The notes below the pieces were generated by a model. It was not told the origin of the DNA. It worked only from the letters and a program-made list of their open reading frames with translations, and did not search any database. Both the position numbers and the translations under genes were made by a program. DNA of 63,644 nt, the filler included, from Reticulomyxa filosa (taxonomy: Eukaryota > Protista > Foraminifera), in assembly GCA_000512085.1 (NCBI GenBank). It is 19 parts of 19 records of this genome, joined end to end, with 100 filler letters (N's around TTAATTAATTAA, not from the genome) between each part and the next. Parts side by side here need not be neighbours in the genome. Positions count along the whole stretch, not along the records: positions 50,646 to 60,607 come from ASPP01022494.1; positions 60,708 to 61,777 come from ASPP01004013.1; positions 61,878 to 63,644 come from ASPP01003942.1; 16 more parts are not named here. The stretch is one strand, 5' to 3'. Positions 50,646 to 63,157 of this stretch are shown here, piece by piece. Numbering within the stretch: position 1 is the stretch's first letter; every line of letters begins with the position of its first letter.

Positions 50646-53201
50646 ATATGTTGAATGCGTTCACTGAACAATGAGAAATCAGCTGCTCGATATCCCCTTG
50701 TTGTTGACCACATCGTTAAGAAACCATAGTCATCATGTATATTGTTTCGTTTTGTTGTTTTTCCTCTTTTTCGAATGACGTCTGAAACTTGAGGATTACC
50801 ACTACCACGGCAAACATCAATGATAAATATTTTAGGATAATCTCTCAAAGATTCCATTTTGTTACAATTGAATAAGGAACGTATTCCATCTATTGGAACA
50901 TGTTTTCCATCACTTGTCACTAATGCATCGCCTTCATCCCCATGTCCCGCTATTATTATTATCAATGCATCATAATTCCTTTTATTTTTGTAAAGTTTAT
51001 GATTGACTATTACATTTTCTAAAAATTCGTCAATATCTTCTTTGTTCATTTTAAACTCTTCATTGCATACAAATTCATAATTCAATTCTTGTTTAAATAC
51101 TTCTCTGAAATTTTTTACGTCCTTTTCTCTCACATTTGGAAGATTACACAACATCTTGTTGTCACAATATTCGCTAATGGCAATCATTACCACTAAAGCG
51201 TTTTTTATTGTTTTTATTTTTCCAATTTTTTCAATTTTTGGAACCCAAAGTAGTTTAAATAAAGGATCACCATTTTTGAATTCTTTCCTCACATCTTCGT
51301 CTGATTCAATAGTATTATTCTTCATATCAACCAATTGCATTTTAAAAGGTTCGTTGTTAATTTTTAGTAAATATTTGGGCTCCAAGCAAGTACAAATTTG
51401 ACAAAAAAGCTCGTCAAATGTCAATTCTTTCATTTTTATCGACATTTTTCTTTCATCCACAATCACATATGCTGTCAACTATTTTATGTTTTGTGAATGT
51501 AATTTAATTAAAAATAAAAATGAAAGAGCACATAATTGATCAACTTCTTTTTCTTTGTTATCTTGATTATCCTATTATCAAATAACACAAATATCAATAT
51601 GTATTAACTATAGTTTCATACATTTTTATATCTTTCTGGGTTTTGTTTAATATTGGATATATAAAAAACACGGATAAAACAAAATATATACTAACATTTA
51701 CTTTCTTTCTTTTTCTCATGCCTATTTCTTTGTTTTTATTCTTAGTTTTCTTTCTTTTTTGTTCTACACTTTTCTCAGTTACCTATTTTTAAAAAAATTA
51801 GTGAATTTGCATAATTTTCTTTTTAAAATAAAACAAACAACAACAAACTTCATCAGTGGGATGATGATCAACGTAAGTTATCGCATGAATATTTCCATTG
51901 TTTAAATCATTTTTCCTTGGATTTTCAAAATCATCACTTGACAATTGCTCAAATTTTGAACACGGTTCTTCTTTTTCTTTTTTCTATTTTCATTTATACA
52001 GTTCAAATCGCCTTTCTTAAACGTTGTCACAACAGAAAAAGTAAAAACTCAACAGTAATCTGTTTGTTCATTTTATCTTGTTTATTATACTTTTTTTTTA
52101 CAATTTTATTATTTTTATCCTCTTCTTTTTTTTCTTCTTTTTCTTCTTCTATTTTCAATTTATTTTCTTTTTTCATTTCTTCTTCGCTCGGCCATTCATT
52201 CACTTTCGTTTTCATATGCATTGACACGCACTGATTTTTTTCATTCTTTCCTCCAATAATGTGCACATATGTATTGTCTTCACTTAATATTGCAATACAT
52301 TCCTTCAACAGACTAGGTAAAGTGTTTTGAAATGTCATCCATTTGTTTTCTCGAATCGAATACTTGTGCACTGATTTTGAAATAACATTATTACTGATAT
52401 TCAATCCGCCAAAGAACAAGATTGCGTCATTGACATACACATATGCATAAAAATTAAGTGACGCAATGTCATCACAGACAGGTAGTGGATGGAATTGAAA
52501 AGTTTTGTTTTCTTCGTTGTATTCAATTAACAATCCTGTATCATAACAAAATAATAGCATTTCATGAATTTTTTTCTTTATGCTACTTTCTTTTTCTTCA
52601 TTTGATTCTTGTCCATTTTCTGACTTTGATACAAAGCAATGACAACTAATATCATAGTTAGTTGGTAAAGCAGCACGTTCAATAAATTGAAATGTATTTA
52701 AATCGAACACACTAATTTTTTTGAAAAAGTGATAAATAACAAATGATTGTTGCTTCCACCAACCACTGCACGCACTCCAATAAAATCATCTTCAGATTTT
52801 CCAATGTAAACTCGGTTTTTATTGTTTGTGAAAGGAATCCATTTATTGTGATTTTTTGATTTATTTGATTTATTTGTTTCATTGTCATTATTGCCATCGC
52901 TCCAAACACTTACATATTTCATTATCAATGTATGTTTTTTAAATCCACCAAATGACAACAAATTAATTTCATTGCTGTCTTTGTTGTTGTTATCCAGTTT
53001 CACTACACAGTGTCCATCCAATTCAACGTCACTTGGATACGAACAGACAAACTTGTATTCATTTTTGAGTATATGATAAGAATAGCAGTCTCGGTTACGT
53101 GTGTCTCCAAAAATGAGGAGTTCATGTCTGTGTAGCACACATTGAGATAGAAAAAGTGGAGTGGGCAAATCCTTCAAAATTTGAAAAGTTTGATTACTCA
53201 T
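50646..53201 (-). CDS. Kelch-like propeller, linker, PB1-like module and caspase-like (C14) protease, 3'-partial
   Basis: Exons 53201-52102, 51983-51849, 51782-51702, 51571-51545 and 51478-50646, with all junctions GT-AG phase 0. Catalytic dyad AGHG and IIDVCRG. One frameshift in an A7 run near 52716-52722. Confidence 0.8.
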
Positions 53202-54497
53202 GCTGTTAATGCTGAGAATATTATGTAGTTTTTAAAAAGCAATTACAGAAAAAAGTCACCTTTTGAACAGACAAAAAACGCACAACTTTTGACTACTCGT
53301 AGAAGACAAAATCAAGTTTCTTCAAAAAAGTGTAATGTCAGTTCCTTCCAATAACCTCTTATAAGCAACAAACCAATTTATTCATTGAAAATAAATGCAT
53401 AAGATCATTTATTGTCTAAATATATAAATGAATTTTGAATTTTTTGTTACTTCCAAAGAGATTATATCTTTCATGACAAAAACGACAAAAGCACGCTTGA
53501 TTACTTCTTGATTTTGCTCATCTTTCGTCTTTTGAAAAAATATTTTACAATTTTCTAAAAAAGTGTATTTCATGTACGAAAATTATTTTATATCAAATAT
53601 TTTTTATTATTGGAGGACGTCGCAATACTTTGACAAAACAAAATACATGGTTTGCACAAATTATATTTTTTGATTTACTTTCACAAATGTAAAAAAATTT
53701 AATGAACTTGCTATTTTAAAAATTAATATATTTTGATTATGTAAAATTTGAACATTTGCTAATTCATTGGCCATTCCATCATTTCTCAACTTCCTTAACC
53801 GAACAAAAACTCTATTTTATAAAGGTCTTAGTGGTTCATGAATGAGCACATACATGGCACATTTTTTACAATTATTTTTCTATTGAAATAAAAAATTGTC
53901 ATTATTTAATTACCGAAAAGAGTTTTTCATTTCATTGCATCAAAATTTAGTAAATGCTTTATCAGAAAAATGACCAAAAAATTTGAATACTGAACTATCC
54001 TTTTCCAAAAGGAGAAATAACAAAATATAGTAATAGTTGTTGCATAATAAACAAACAGCAAATCCATTGAAGTGTATCCAAATTTCATCTTTAAATCCCT
54101 ACAAACTTTCGTGACGTTATTTAAATCACACTTGTACAAGTTTATATACAACATCAAGGCGGCTGAATAAAGGAAAGTAGCTTAAACAAGGAATTATATC
54201 ATTTCAAATGAAAAAATATTCAACAGAAATTTCCGTACCCAGCCAACAGCGTCAGCACAATTTCCAAAAAGGTGCGGTTCAGGGGAGCAAAAGCCTTGTG
54301 GCAGCAAAAAATTTTTAATTGTTTAATTAAAATTTCATATAAAAACAATAAAGTGTGAAGACTTACTATTTTTCGAGGTACTGATTTTTAGGTTGAAAGT
54401 TTATCAGCAAAAGAAGTAAAACACGTGTCAAAGTTTTTTGTACAACAACACAGAGCTGAATCACTATTATTAGTTATCACTGTGAAAATATTGAAAG

Positions 54498-55658
54498 ATG
54501 GACACCACTACCACTGAAAAAGAGGCTCCAATACTACGTTTGGTATGCTTCATCAACATTTAGTTTACCAACATAACGGGTTCCTACATATGATAGTTTA
54601 GTCAGAAAACAGAATAAAATTGATTATTCAAAGATGGATTCGAAGTTTACATATTAAATTTGAATGGGCCCACGTTTTAGATGAAATTATTGTCAAATAT
54701 GTTAATGCTATTTTTTCTTTAAAACAATAAAAATGAAAATATAAATTTATTTTCTTAATAATCAACGTTTTTGCACAGATCATATACAAATTGTCGAAAT
54801 TTTTGAAAGGGCATGACGATGGAATAAACAGTGTGAGATTTTCGGCAGATGGTGGCAAGATTGTTTCATCATCGCAAGATAAAACAATTCGTGTATGGGA
54901 TGTTGCATCCAGAAAACAAATCCAAATTTTTACTGGACACGACTATTGGGTCAATGCTGCAGAATTTTCACCAGATGGAAATACTGTTGCATCGTGTTCC
55001 TATGACAAAACAGTTCGATTGTGGAGTGTAGAATCAGGAAAAGAATTGATGAGATTAGAATGCGATTCAAATTGGATGTGGGGTCTAACCTTTTCTCCAG
55101 ATGGAAAATATATTGTTTATTTAGACAATACAACAATAAGATTCTTGGACCTTGGTTCTGGGAAAGAGATTCAAAGACTAGAAGGTCATTCAAATGGTGT
55201 ACTGTGTGCACGATTTTCACCAGATGGTCAAAAGCTTGTAACATCATCTTTTGATAGAACAATTATTATATGGGATGTAAAATTAGGTGAAATTTTGAGA
55301 CTGTTGAAAGGACATTCCGACAGTGTAATGAGTGTACAATTTTCTCCAAATGGCCAATTTATTGTGTCATGCTCAGCCGATACAACGATTCGCATATGGG
55401 AAGTGAAATCAGGAAAAGAATTGAAGAAATTGATGAATCATTTAGATAATGTAATAGATGTTAAATATCTTCAAGACGGTCAAATGATCGTATCATGTTC
55501 AGAAGATAAAACAATTTGTTTATGGAGTGTAAAATCAGGAAATAAAATACAAACATTGAACGGACATTCTCCGTTCAGTGAGGTGTATTGATGTTTCACC
55601 AACTGACGGTACAATTGTATCAGGTTCTTATGATAAAACAATCGGAATATGGGCATAA
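54498..55658 (+). CDS. WD40-repeat protein (7 blades; frameshift near 55572)
   Basis: GH...FSPDG...SxDxTIRxWD repeats and two short 5' exons. The last blade SVRCIDVSP...[11 protein letters not shown] is in the +1 frame. Confidence 0.9.
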
Positions 55659-56578
55659 TCCATCCGAAAAGCAAATAAAAATCTCTTTTTAAAACAATAG
55701 AGTTGAAAAGGATACTGCTTATAAATTGTCTGTTTCATAAGATTTTAATAATCTTTTTTTACTTTTGAATAGTTTCACATTAAAATTTGCCTTTGAAAGT
55801 ATCAATAAAACGAATATAAAAATTAAAAATTTTAATATTGTACAAATTAATAGACAGGAATAATTTGACTATGTTTTTAATTGATAGTATAACTTTGTGT
55901 CTGTATATTTGTTTAATAACAAATTGGGAATCGAGAATGGCTGTTATGCTTCATCACTTCGATTAATTCAAGTGGACTGGACAAGAAAAGTAGTTCATTG
56001 AACTCTTTTTCTGTAAATGAATTTCGGAGTCATATTTGATGATGTCTTCAGTAGTAAGAGTAGTTTGATTGTATCAAATGTGATTAAAAGATTGAAGAGA
56101 AAGAAACAATGAAAATATATTGGAGAACAAACACATTAACTTTTCAATTTCAACAGCATACAATGCTATTGTAGATTTGTGTGAATGTAAAAACAATATT
56201 CGGTAGACAGAACGCTCATGAGGACGCAGAAGAATTTGACAACACAAAACAAACCAAAAGTGCAACATACAATTCATAGTTTCACAGTGTGGAAAAACAT
56301 ACCATCACTTTGTGCAAATTATGATAACTTCATTTTGACAAAAAAAAAACAAAAAGCAGAGCACTTCCAAGAGAAAACCGTTTTTTGTGTATGTCGTAAT
56401 TGTTTATTAATTAAGGACTCAAAAAAAGCGTTTTTGTATTGATTAGCAATGTAAATTCGTAAAAAAGTGTTTTTGTGATCCAATTTGAAAATTGGTTATT
56501 GTAATAAATGTCTGTGTTACCAATTATTTGTCCCTTTTATTGTTTTTGTTTTTTTGATGCATTTGTTTTTATTGTACT

Positions 56579-57545
56579 TTACAAAATACTGCAACGACAT
56601 TTATCGCAGCAATTGGCCGACTGTGTAGAACGTGGGGAAGTGGCGTGAGTATCGACTTCTTGTGCGGACTCGCGTAGCAATGGACGACCATCGACTCCAG
56701 ACGGTTCCACTTTGTTGGGGTTAGAATGGCCATCCGAGACATTTTGCTGCGAATGGTTATAGCTTGTGTCATTCGAATTTTTAACGTGCACATTTTCTTG
56801 CACATCAGCTGGATTACTCATCCACGAGTCTCGCTTTTGTTGTGCTTCATTGGCTCCAAATTTTTGTGGATTGGCATTTGAGACTCCATAATTACTGTTG
56901 TTATCATACTGGGATAGGGATTGTTTGTCTTTGAGAGTATCCGCATCACTGCTTCCCATCCTTTTTTTGGATTCGCTCATTGTTGGTTTCATGTGAGGAG
57001 GGGCAATACTACCAAAACATTCGAAACATACACGTTTCTTTGATTTCTCCCCTTGAAATTTCACTAAATGTGGTGAGCATTTGCTACATACAACACGGCC
57101 ACATTTACGACAGTGGTGCTTTTTGTTGTCATTGTTGGTACAATATCATTACATTCGCATATGCATATATACATATACATACATATATGTATATAAGCAA
57201 AGAGAGTGATGCCAAATTTCTTCTTTGTTTTGATGCTCAAAAAGAAAAAAAATCGAAACTCGTCTTGCTTTTGCGATTCCAAACTTCATTGTGCAGATCA
57301 TACATTGTGGCGCTTCATCATCAGGAACCCAACCCTGTGGCCCAAACAAACATTATTATGTTTTGGGATCTCACGTGCAATTTTTCAATCGCGTTAGTTG
57401 TATATTTAAGGGAAAAAAAGATTATTCTTTAAAAAGGTTCTTGTAGAAATCAGCAAAAAGATCGTCATGGATTAGACCAAACTGATCCATTCCTTTTGAT
57501 ACGATTTTCGTCGATATCAATATCTGCATCGTCGTGGAGGGACAT
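56579..57545 (-). CDS. FYVE-domain protein with C-terminal CAAX box
   Basis: WVPDDEAPQCMIC...RR|HHCRKCGRVVCSKCS...RVCFEC (intron 57119-57259). Ends CCDKCRCSIL-stop. Confidence 0.9.
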
Positions 57546-58552
57546 TCAAATAATAAGATGATTGGTTTTTCGGAAAACAAAACTTTTTTATCCCCCGTTT
57601 TATTTGAGTTGGAAATATATTTTTTGATTTGTACAAGTTACTCCACAAAGTTTGCATACATAATAACACTTTTTTGTTAATAAATCTACAGAATCGTGTG
57701 TTATTTGTTTAGAATCAGTATTTATAAATCTTTTATTTTTTGATGTCATAAATTAAGATATTCACAACAATGCGCAATGCTTTTTTTACATTTAAATGCA
57801 TCTCTAACAAGCATCGAATTTTGGATATCAATGAAGCTTTATACATTTTGTTTTTACTGTGGTATACAACAAAATACTTCCAATATTTGCGTAATCTCTG
57901 TCTTCCAACAAGCAAAAGAAAGTGATAAAAAAATATGTACAAAAGCCGTTGTCAATTAGCTTTTCCCAGAAGTTGTTTCAGAAATAATTTTATCGGTATT
58001 GAAATACGACTTTTTGAAACTGTTAGAAGCAATTCTTTAATAATAATAAAGACAATAACTAATAAAGGGCAAAAAGATCTAAAGAAATATTAAAAAGAGC
58101 AAAAGATTGGTTGAAGAAGTGAATTAAGAAACTTTTTTTACCTTTTTCAATTAAGGTTTTTTCATTAAAGAAGTAGCGGGTGCATAAAAACTATTTTTCG
58201 GTGGAAATGTAATCCGCTTTTGCAGTAGTGTATGGTTGTTATAATGGTGATCAGATATCACCAACCATACCACAAGACGCATAAAAAGCGTACAAAAGGG
58301 GAAAAAGGATCAATTGGAGAACAACCGCCACAAAACGAAGGATTAACTTAATTAAGCGCAAAAATAAAAAATGAACAACAGAGCATAAGACAGTTTTGAA
58401 TTCTTTTCAACATCAGCCAAGTACGTTGGCATCAAGAGAAGAGCGGGGAAAGAAAGGGAAAAAAAAAAGAACAGAGACACACAACAAAAAAAAAAAAAAA
58501 TCCATCGAATAGTTTTCTCGTGTTGTTTATTAAAGCATTTTTTCTTTTGAAA

Positions 58553-60607
58553 TTATTGTTGTGAACTGAATTGATAATTAACGAAATAAGGATTGAAATT
58601 TTGTTGTTGTGGTTGTTGTGTTGGCATTTGTGAAGGTTGGGAATTGACAAAGGACAAGTTGGTTGCAGTGTTGGGGACAAGGGAAGAAGTAAAAGGCTTG
58701 AACGTAGGCTGTTGAGTTTGTGCGGTATTCTCTTTATGCAGTTGTTGTGCATTAAAGTGTTGAGAGCCGATATTAGAGAAATTGTTAATATTCAGATTGG
58801 TGTTTTGAGCGACATTTGCCTTGGAAACATGATCGGCAGTAACCATAGTGGGGACTCTCATATCGCTGACATTGACAGGATTTAAATACTCATTTGTATT
58901 TGCCGTTGGATTGGTGTTATTTAGGCCCGTGGCAACAAAGTTCATTCCCGAAAACGAGTTCAAATTAACGTCATTCAGGTTCATATTGACGGGAATGGAA
59001 GGAACACCGAGACCGAGCCCCAAACCGAGACCCATGGTTGTCGTGTTGGGTGGATTGATAGTTCCCAATGGCAAATTGAACGTGGGCATATTCAAATTGG
59101 CCACGTTGTTTAAATTCAATCCGGTGTTCAAAGTATTGAAATTGGAAAGAGAGGCAAAGTTGTTTAAATTGAAATTGCTGTTTAATTGATTCAATCCATT
59201 CCATTGGGCGTTGAATGTATTGAATGGATTTTGGAGAGTGTTCAGGTTGTTCATCTCATGAACCCCGGCATTGCCCATGCCACTGTTATTGCCAACAAAC
59301 TGTGACGCTACATTTGAAAAGGGCAGAAACGGATAAAACGGGGCCGATGATGAGCTTGGATTGAATGAGCCTTGGTTCAATTGATTCAATGTGTTGTTGG
59401 TATTGAATGTGGTCATAGCATTGGACGCATTTGGATTATTGTTGTTGGCTGTGTTATTTGCCGTGGCAATATTGTTGTTATTTAAATTATTCATGTTCAT
59501 GAGACTATTCATATTGTTGTTGACATTGTTATTGTTATTACTATTGTTATTGTTGTTATTATTGTTATTATTGTTATTATTGTTATTGAGACTGATATTA
59601 TTATTCACATTCGATACAATGTTTCCATTCAAACTGCCATGCGCTTGAACAAAAGTCGCCGGCGGTTTCGTTGTTTGTGGCGACGGTACTTTGTCATTGG
59701 GATAAAAATCGGGATTGAACTCGTTTGCATTCGGATTAAATTTGAACTGCTTCGGCTGATCGTTTTCGTTGGCCAAGTCATCCATTTTTTCAAATGTGTC
59801 TGTTTCTGTGCCTATTTCGCCCGTGTCATTGGTCTGTGTTTGCATATGCACACTCGCGACATTCTTTTGGCTATTGCTATTGCCGCCGATTTGGCTGTGA
59901 TTGCCCTGCATCTCGCTTGAGTGAATTGAGTGCGGTATTCCGAGGATATGTTTTCGCGTGATATCGGCGTCAATGAAACTGACATCAGCAAAGGCTGAGG
60001 GTTGAGGATTGGCCGAATTGCTTAGCAACGCCTTACTTTTGATTGGAGGTTTTGTGGGTGCTTTCGTGGGCTTCAATGTCGCCTAGTGCATATCAAGTCA
60101 TTTGCAACAAGGTCACACAAATTTCCAAAAATTTCAAACCAAAAAAAAAAAGACTAAACATTGGACTGAACAGCACTAAATAAGTCTTCTTCATCCATTT
60201 GAGCCGTGCTCACATCCAAATTGCGATCTTCCAAAACGTGGGGATTTGACGTTTGCTATTCACAAAATGGCACAATCGAGAACAAAGACTATTTGAGAGT
60301 GTGGACGATGCACGAACAAAGGAAAAAAAAAGTTCAAAACAGTGGCATTAATTTATCAGCAATGGCTTTTGCAGTTTTAAGCATTTTGGGAGTGACTTCG
60401 TCTTGATTGACAGGCTGCGTATATAGCCCTTCGTGATACGTGGTTTCCTTGCCTTTGAATTGGTCAAACTCTGATTGTTCCAATTCCTTTTTGATCGTGT
60501 CATCGTCTCCCCACGACAGTGCACTCTTCCCTTCTTTCGTCGCATTGCTATTCCCGCACTGCTGTTGCCGCCATTGGCGCTCGTGCTGCCATTGCCATTG
60601 CCATTGC
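58553..60607 (-). CDS. ATXN2: Ataxin-2/Pbp1-like protein (LsmAD, PAM2, Asn/Gln-rich region), 5'-partial
   Basis: LsmAD-like FDQF...TTYHEGLYT...AKAIA and TSNPHVLEDR...DEEDLFSAV. PAM2 FKFNPNANEFNP. Confidence 0.82.
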
Positions 60608-60818
60608 NNNNNNNNNNNNNNNNNNNNNNNNNNNNNNNNNNNNNNNNNNNNTTAATTAATTAANNNNNNNNNNNNNNNNNNNNNNNNNNNNNNNNNNNNN
60701 NNNNNNNAAAAAAAAAAAACACGAATCTATTAAAAATAAAATAAAATAAAATAAACCACGTATACAACATACAATAACAACAATCAAAGATCCAACGACA
60801 CTCTTTGGCCAGTATGGG

Positions 60819-61029
60819 ATGAATTCAAGTGGAGGACAGATGGAAGATCGAAGCAAAGAAATGGAGAGAGACCAAGCTAACCTTTGGAGACAAAGAGAAG
60901 CTATGATGACACATCCTACCTTTGGTTCAGTGGTGCCAAACCCGTCCTTTGCCTACAATTATGCCATGCATAATCATCCTGTTACTACCTTTTCCCCTCC
61001 TCAAAGTTACTTTTTTTTTTTTTTTTTTT

Positions 61030-61060
<31 letters not shown>

Positions 61061-61777
61061 TTTTTAAAAGAAAAGAAAAGTTGACCATAACGTTGGTCAA
61101 AACTTGTAGATGAACAACACAAGTTGATGAAAGGCAATGCGAATGGACAAAACGCGAATGAGATGAACATAAGTAATTCCATGGGCTTCAATCCGATGTG
61201 GACCAATACACATGTGCACATGAATAGTCAAGGTCCAAGTCCGTCGCAGGCTCTGTATCATCAATCCCAACTCCAAACTCCAATTCATACGACTACGACC
61301 ACGACCACGACCACCACAGAGGGTCAAATGACGAAGTTGTCCAATGCCAACACCAATCAAGTCCAAGATGATTTGTATTGCGACATATGTAAAGTTTAAA
61401 AAAAAAAAAAAGGGGGGGGGAAGGGCAGAGAAGGGGGAAGGTGTTACTTTTTTTTTTTACTTTTGTGTATACATGTACAAATATATGTATATATTTATAT
61501 ATCTATTTGTACATATATATATATATATATGTGTATATATCGTTATATATATACATACATACATACATATATCATTATTATAAAAAAAGTTGACTGCAAA
61601 AAGTCAGAAGGAACTTGAAATGCATCGCAATGGCAGAAGACATTTGAAAAACGTAAAGTGCTACCAGTCAGGTCGATTGGACAAAGTGAAGACCTCGAAT
61701 GTGCTGGACATTCGCGAGCAAATCTTGGAATTTAAAAGCGCGGAAGACGTACCCATTTGTGTAAAGACCATTGTGAC
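60819..61777 (+). CDS. U1/matrin-type C2H2 zinc-finger protein, 3'-partial
   Basis: Introns 61006-61109 and 61394-61589 give LYCDICK|LTAKSQKELEMHRNGRRH. Confidence 0.8.
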
Positions 61778-61877
61778 NNNNNNNNNNNNNNNNNNNNNNN
61801 NNNNNNNNNNNNNNNNNNNNNTTAATTAATTAANNNNNNNNNNNNNNNNNNNNNNNNNNNNNNNNNNNNNNNNNNNN

Positions 61878-62710
61878 ACAATATCTGTATGTCCTTTAAA
61901 AACTTGACATTTATTATTATCTCGAATATCTCATAAACGAACAGTATTATTACTTGATCCAGATAATACTGTATTCTGTAGTTGGTTTGATTCATATTTT
62001 ACGCTTCTTAATCCACGCTCATGACCTAATAAAATATTTAATTGTTTCTTTTTCTCTATATCCCAAATACAAATACTACCATCATATGATCCAGAACACA
62101 TTGTATATCCATTACCACCATTATTTCGTGATGGTGAAATAGCAATACACTGAACAGCATATTTGTGTCCTTTTATAAAATATAATTTCTCGGATTTCTC
62201 AACATCCCATGCATAAATATTATTATCGAATGATCCGGCATATAAATATTTTCCATAATTAAAAGATGAAAATTCAATACAATAAATAGACATGCCATGT
62301 TTAAACATATCTAATTGTTTATTACACTTGAAATCTCAAAAACGAATTGTGTTGTCTTCAGATGAAGAACAGATAACATGTTGCTTATTTTTTTGTATAA
62401 TAATATTGTGAGAATTTCACACAATATACTGTATCCAGATGCAAATTTGATAACAAATTCAATTTGTCATCATTGATATCAAATATGGAAACCCTCTTGT
62501 CAGATGATCCAATCTGAATCATAATCTTTTTCGATTGTAAATTTGAAAAGACATTATTCCGCCATCTTCTTCATTACTTTCTTTGGTCATAAACAATTCC
62601 CTAATTGATCGAATATCCAAAAAAGGCTCAGAATATATTACACTACTCCGATACTAATTATTATAAATGATGAATATTTGGCAGTATATACGGTAGCTTT
62701 ATGGTAACCC
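61878..62710 (-). pseudogene. Degenerate WD40-repeat gene
   Basis: Blades GHKYAVQCI...SGSYDGSICIWD, with a stop at the expected W (VRL-stop) and a disrupted upstream part. Confidence 0.75.
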
Positions 62711-63157
62711 TACTAATTTCTGATGTATAAAAAAGAAAATTGTTACTTTGAACGATTTGTTTCATGAGCCAAATGACTGAGTCATCAAATCAAAATGTAC
62801 TTTCATATTTGCAATTAAATGATTATTTAGATTATTCTTATCACACATGCGACTACTTCCAAAAGGTTTATGCCAACAATTTGATGAATTCCCTATCTAA
62901 ATATTGTTTTAAATTTTGTATTTTTTGGTTCACTTCAAGTTTGTCAGTTTTACTTAAAGTTTTCCATTAACGCTTTTTTAATTGGGGTATATTTTCCATT
63001 TTTGATTATTATTTACATGAAGAAAAAAAATCAAGTTATCCAAAACAAGAAAGTAGTTATGAATAAGTCTTTCTGAACACTGCCTTCAAGCTAACAACAA
63101 CACAGTCGAAGAAAACTCTGCATTGCTTTAGATGAAAAAATATTGCTATTTGTTTTG

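Noticed and set aside
52716-52722. Programmed frameshift in the Kelch ORF
   Set aside because: It lies in a homopolymer in an assembly with many homopolymer problems; error or pseudogenisation is more parsimonious.
40793-55658. OAS-like, Vps39, Kelch-caspase and WD40 as one immune gene cluster
   Set aside because: Linkers at 49318-49417 and 50546-50645 separate them, so there is no evidence of physical linkage.
6204-61833. Recurrent TTAATTAATTAA as a biological repeat
   Set aside because: Always centred in exactly 44+44 Ns; it is an artificial six-frame stop linker.
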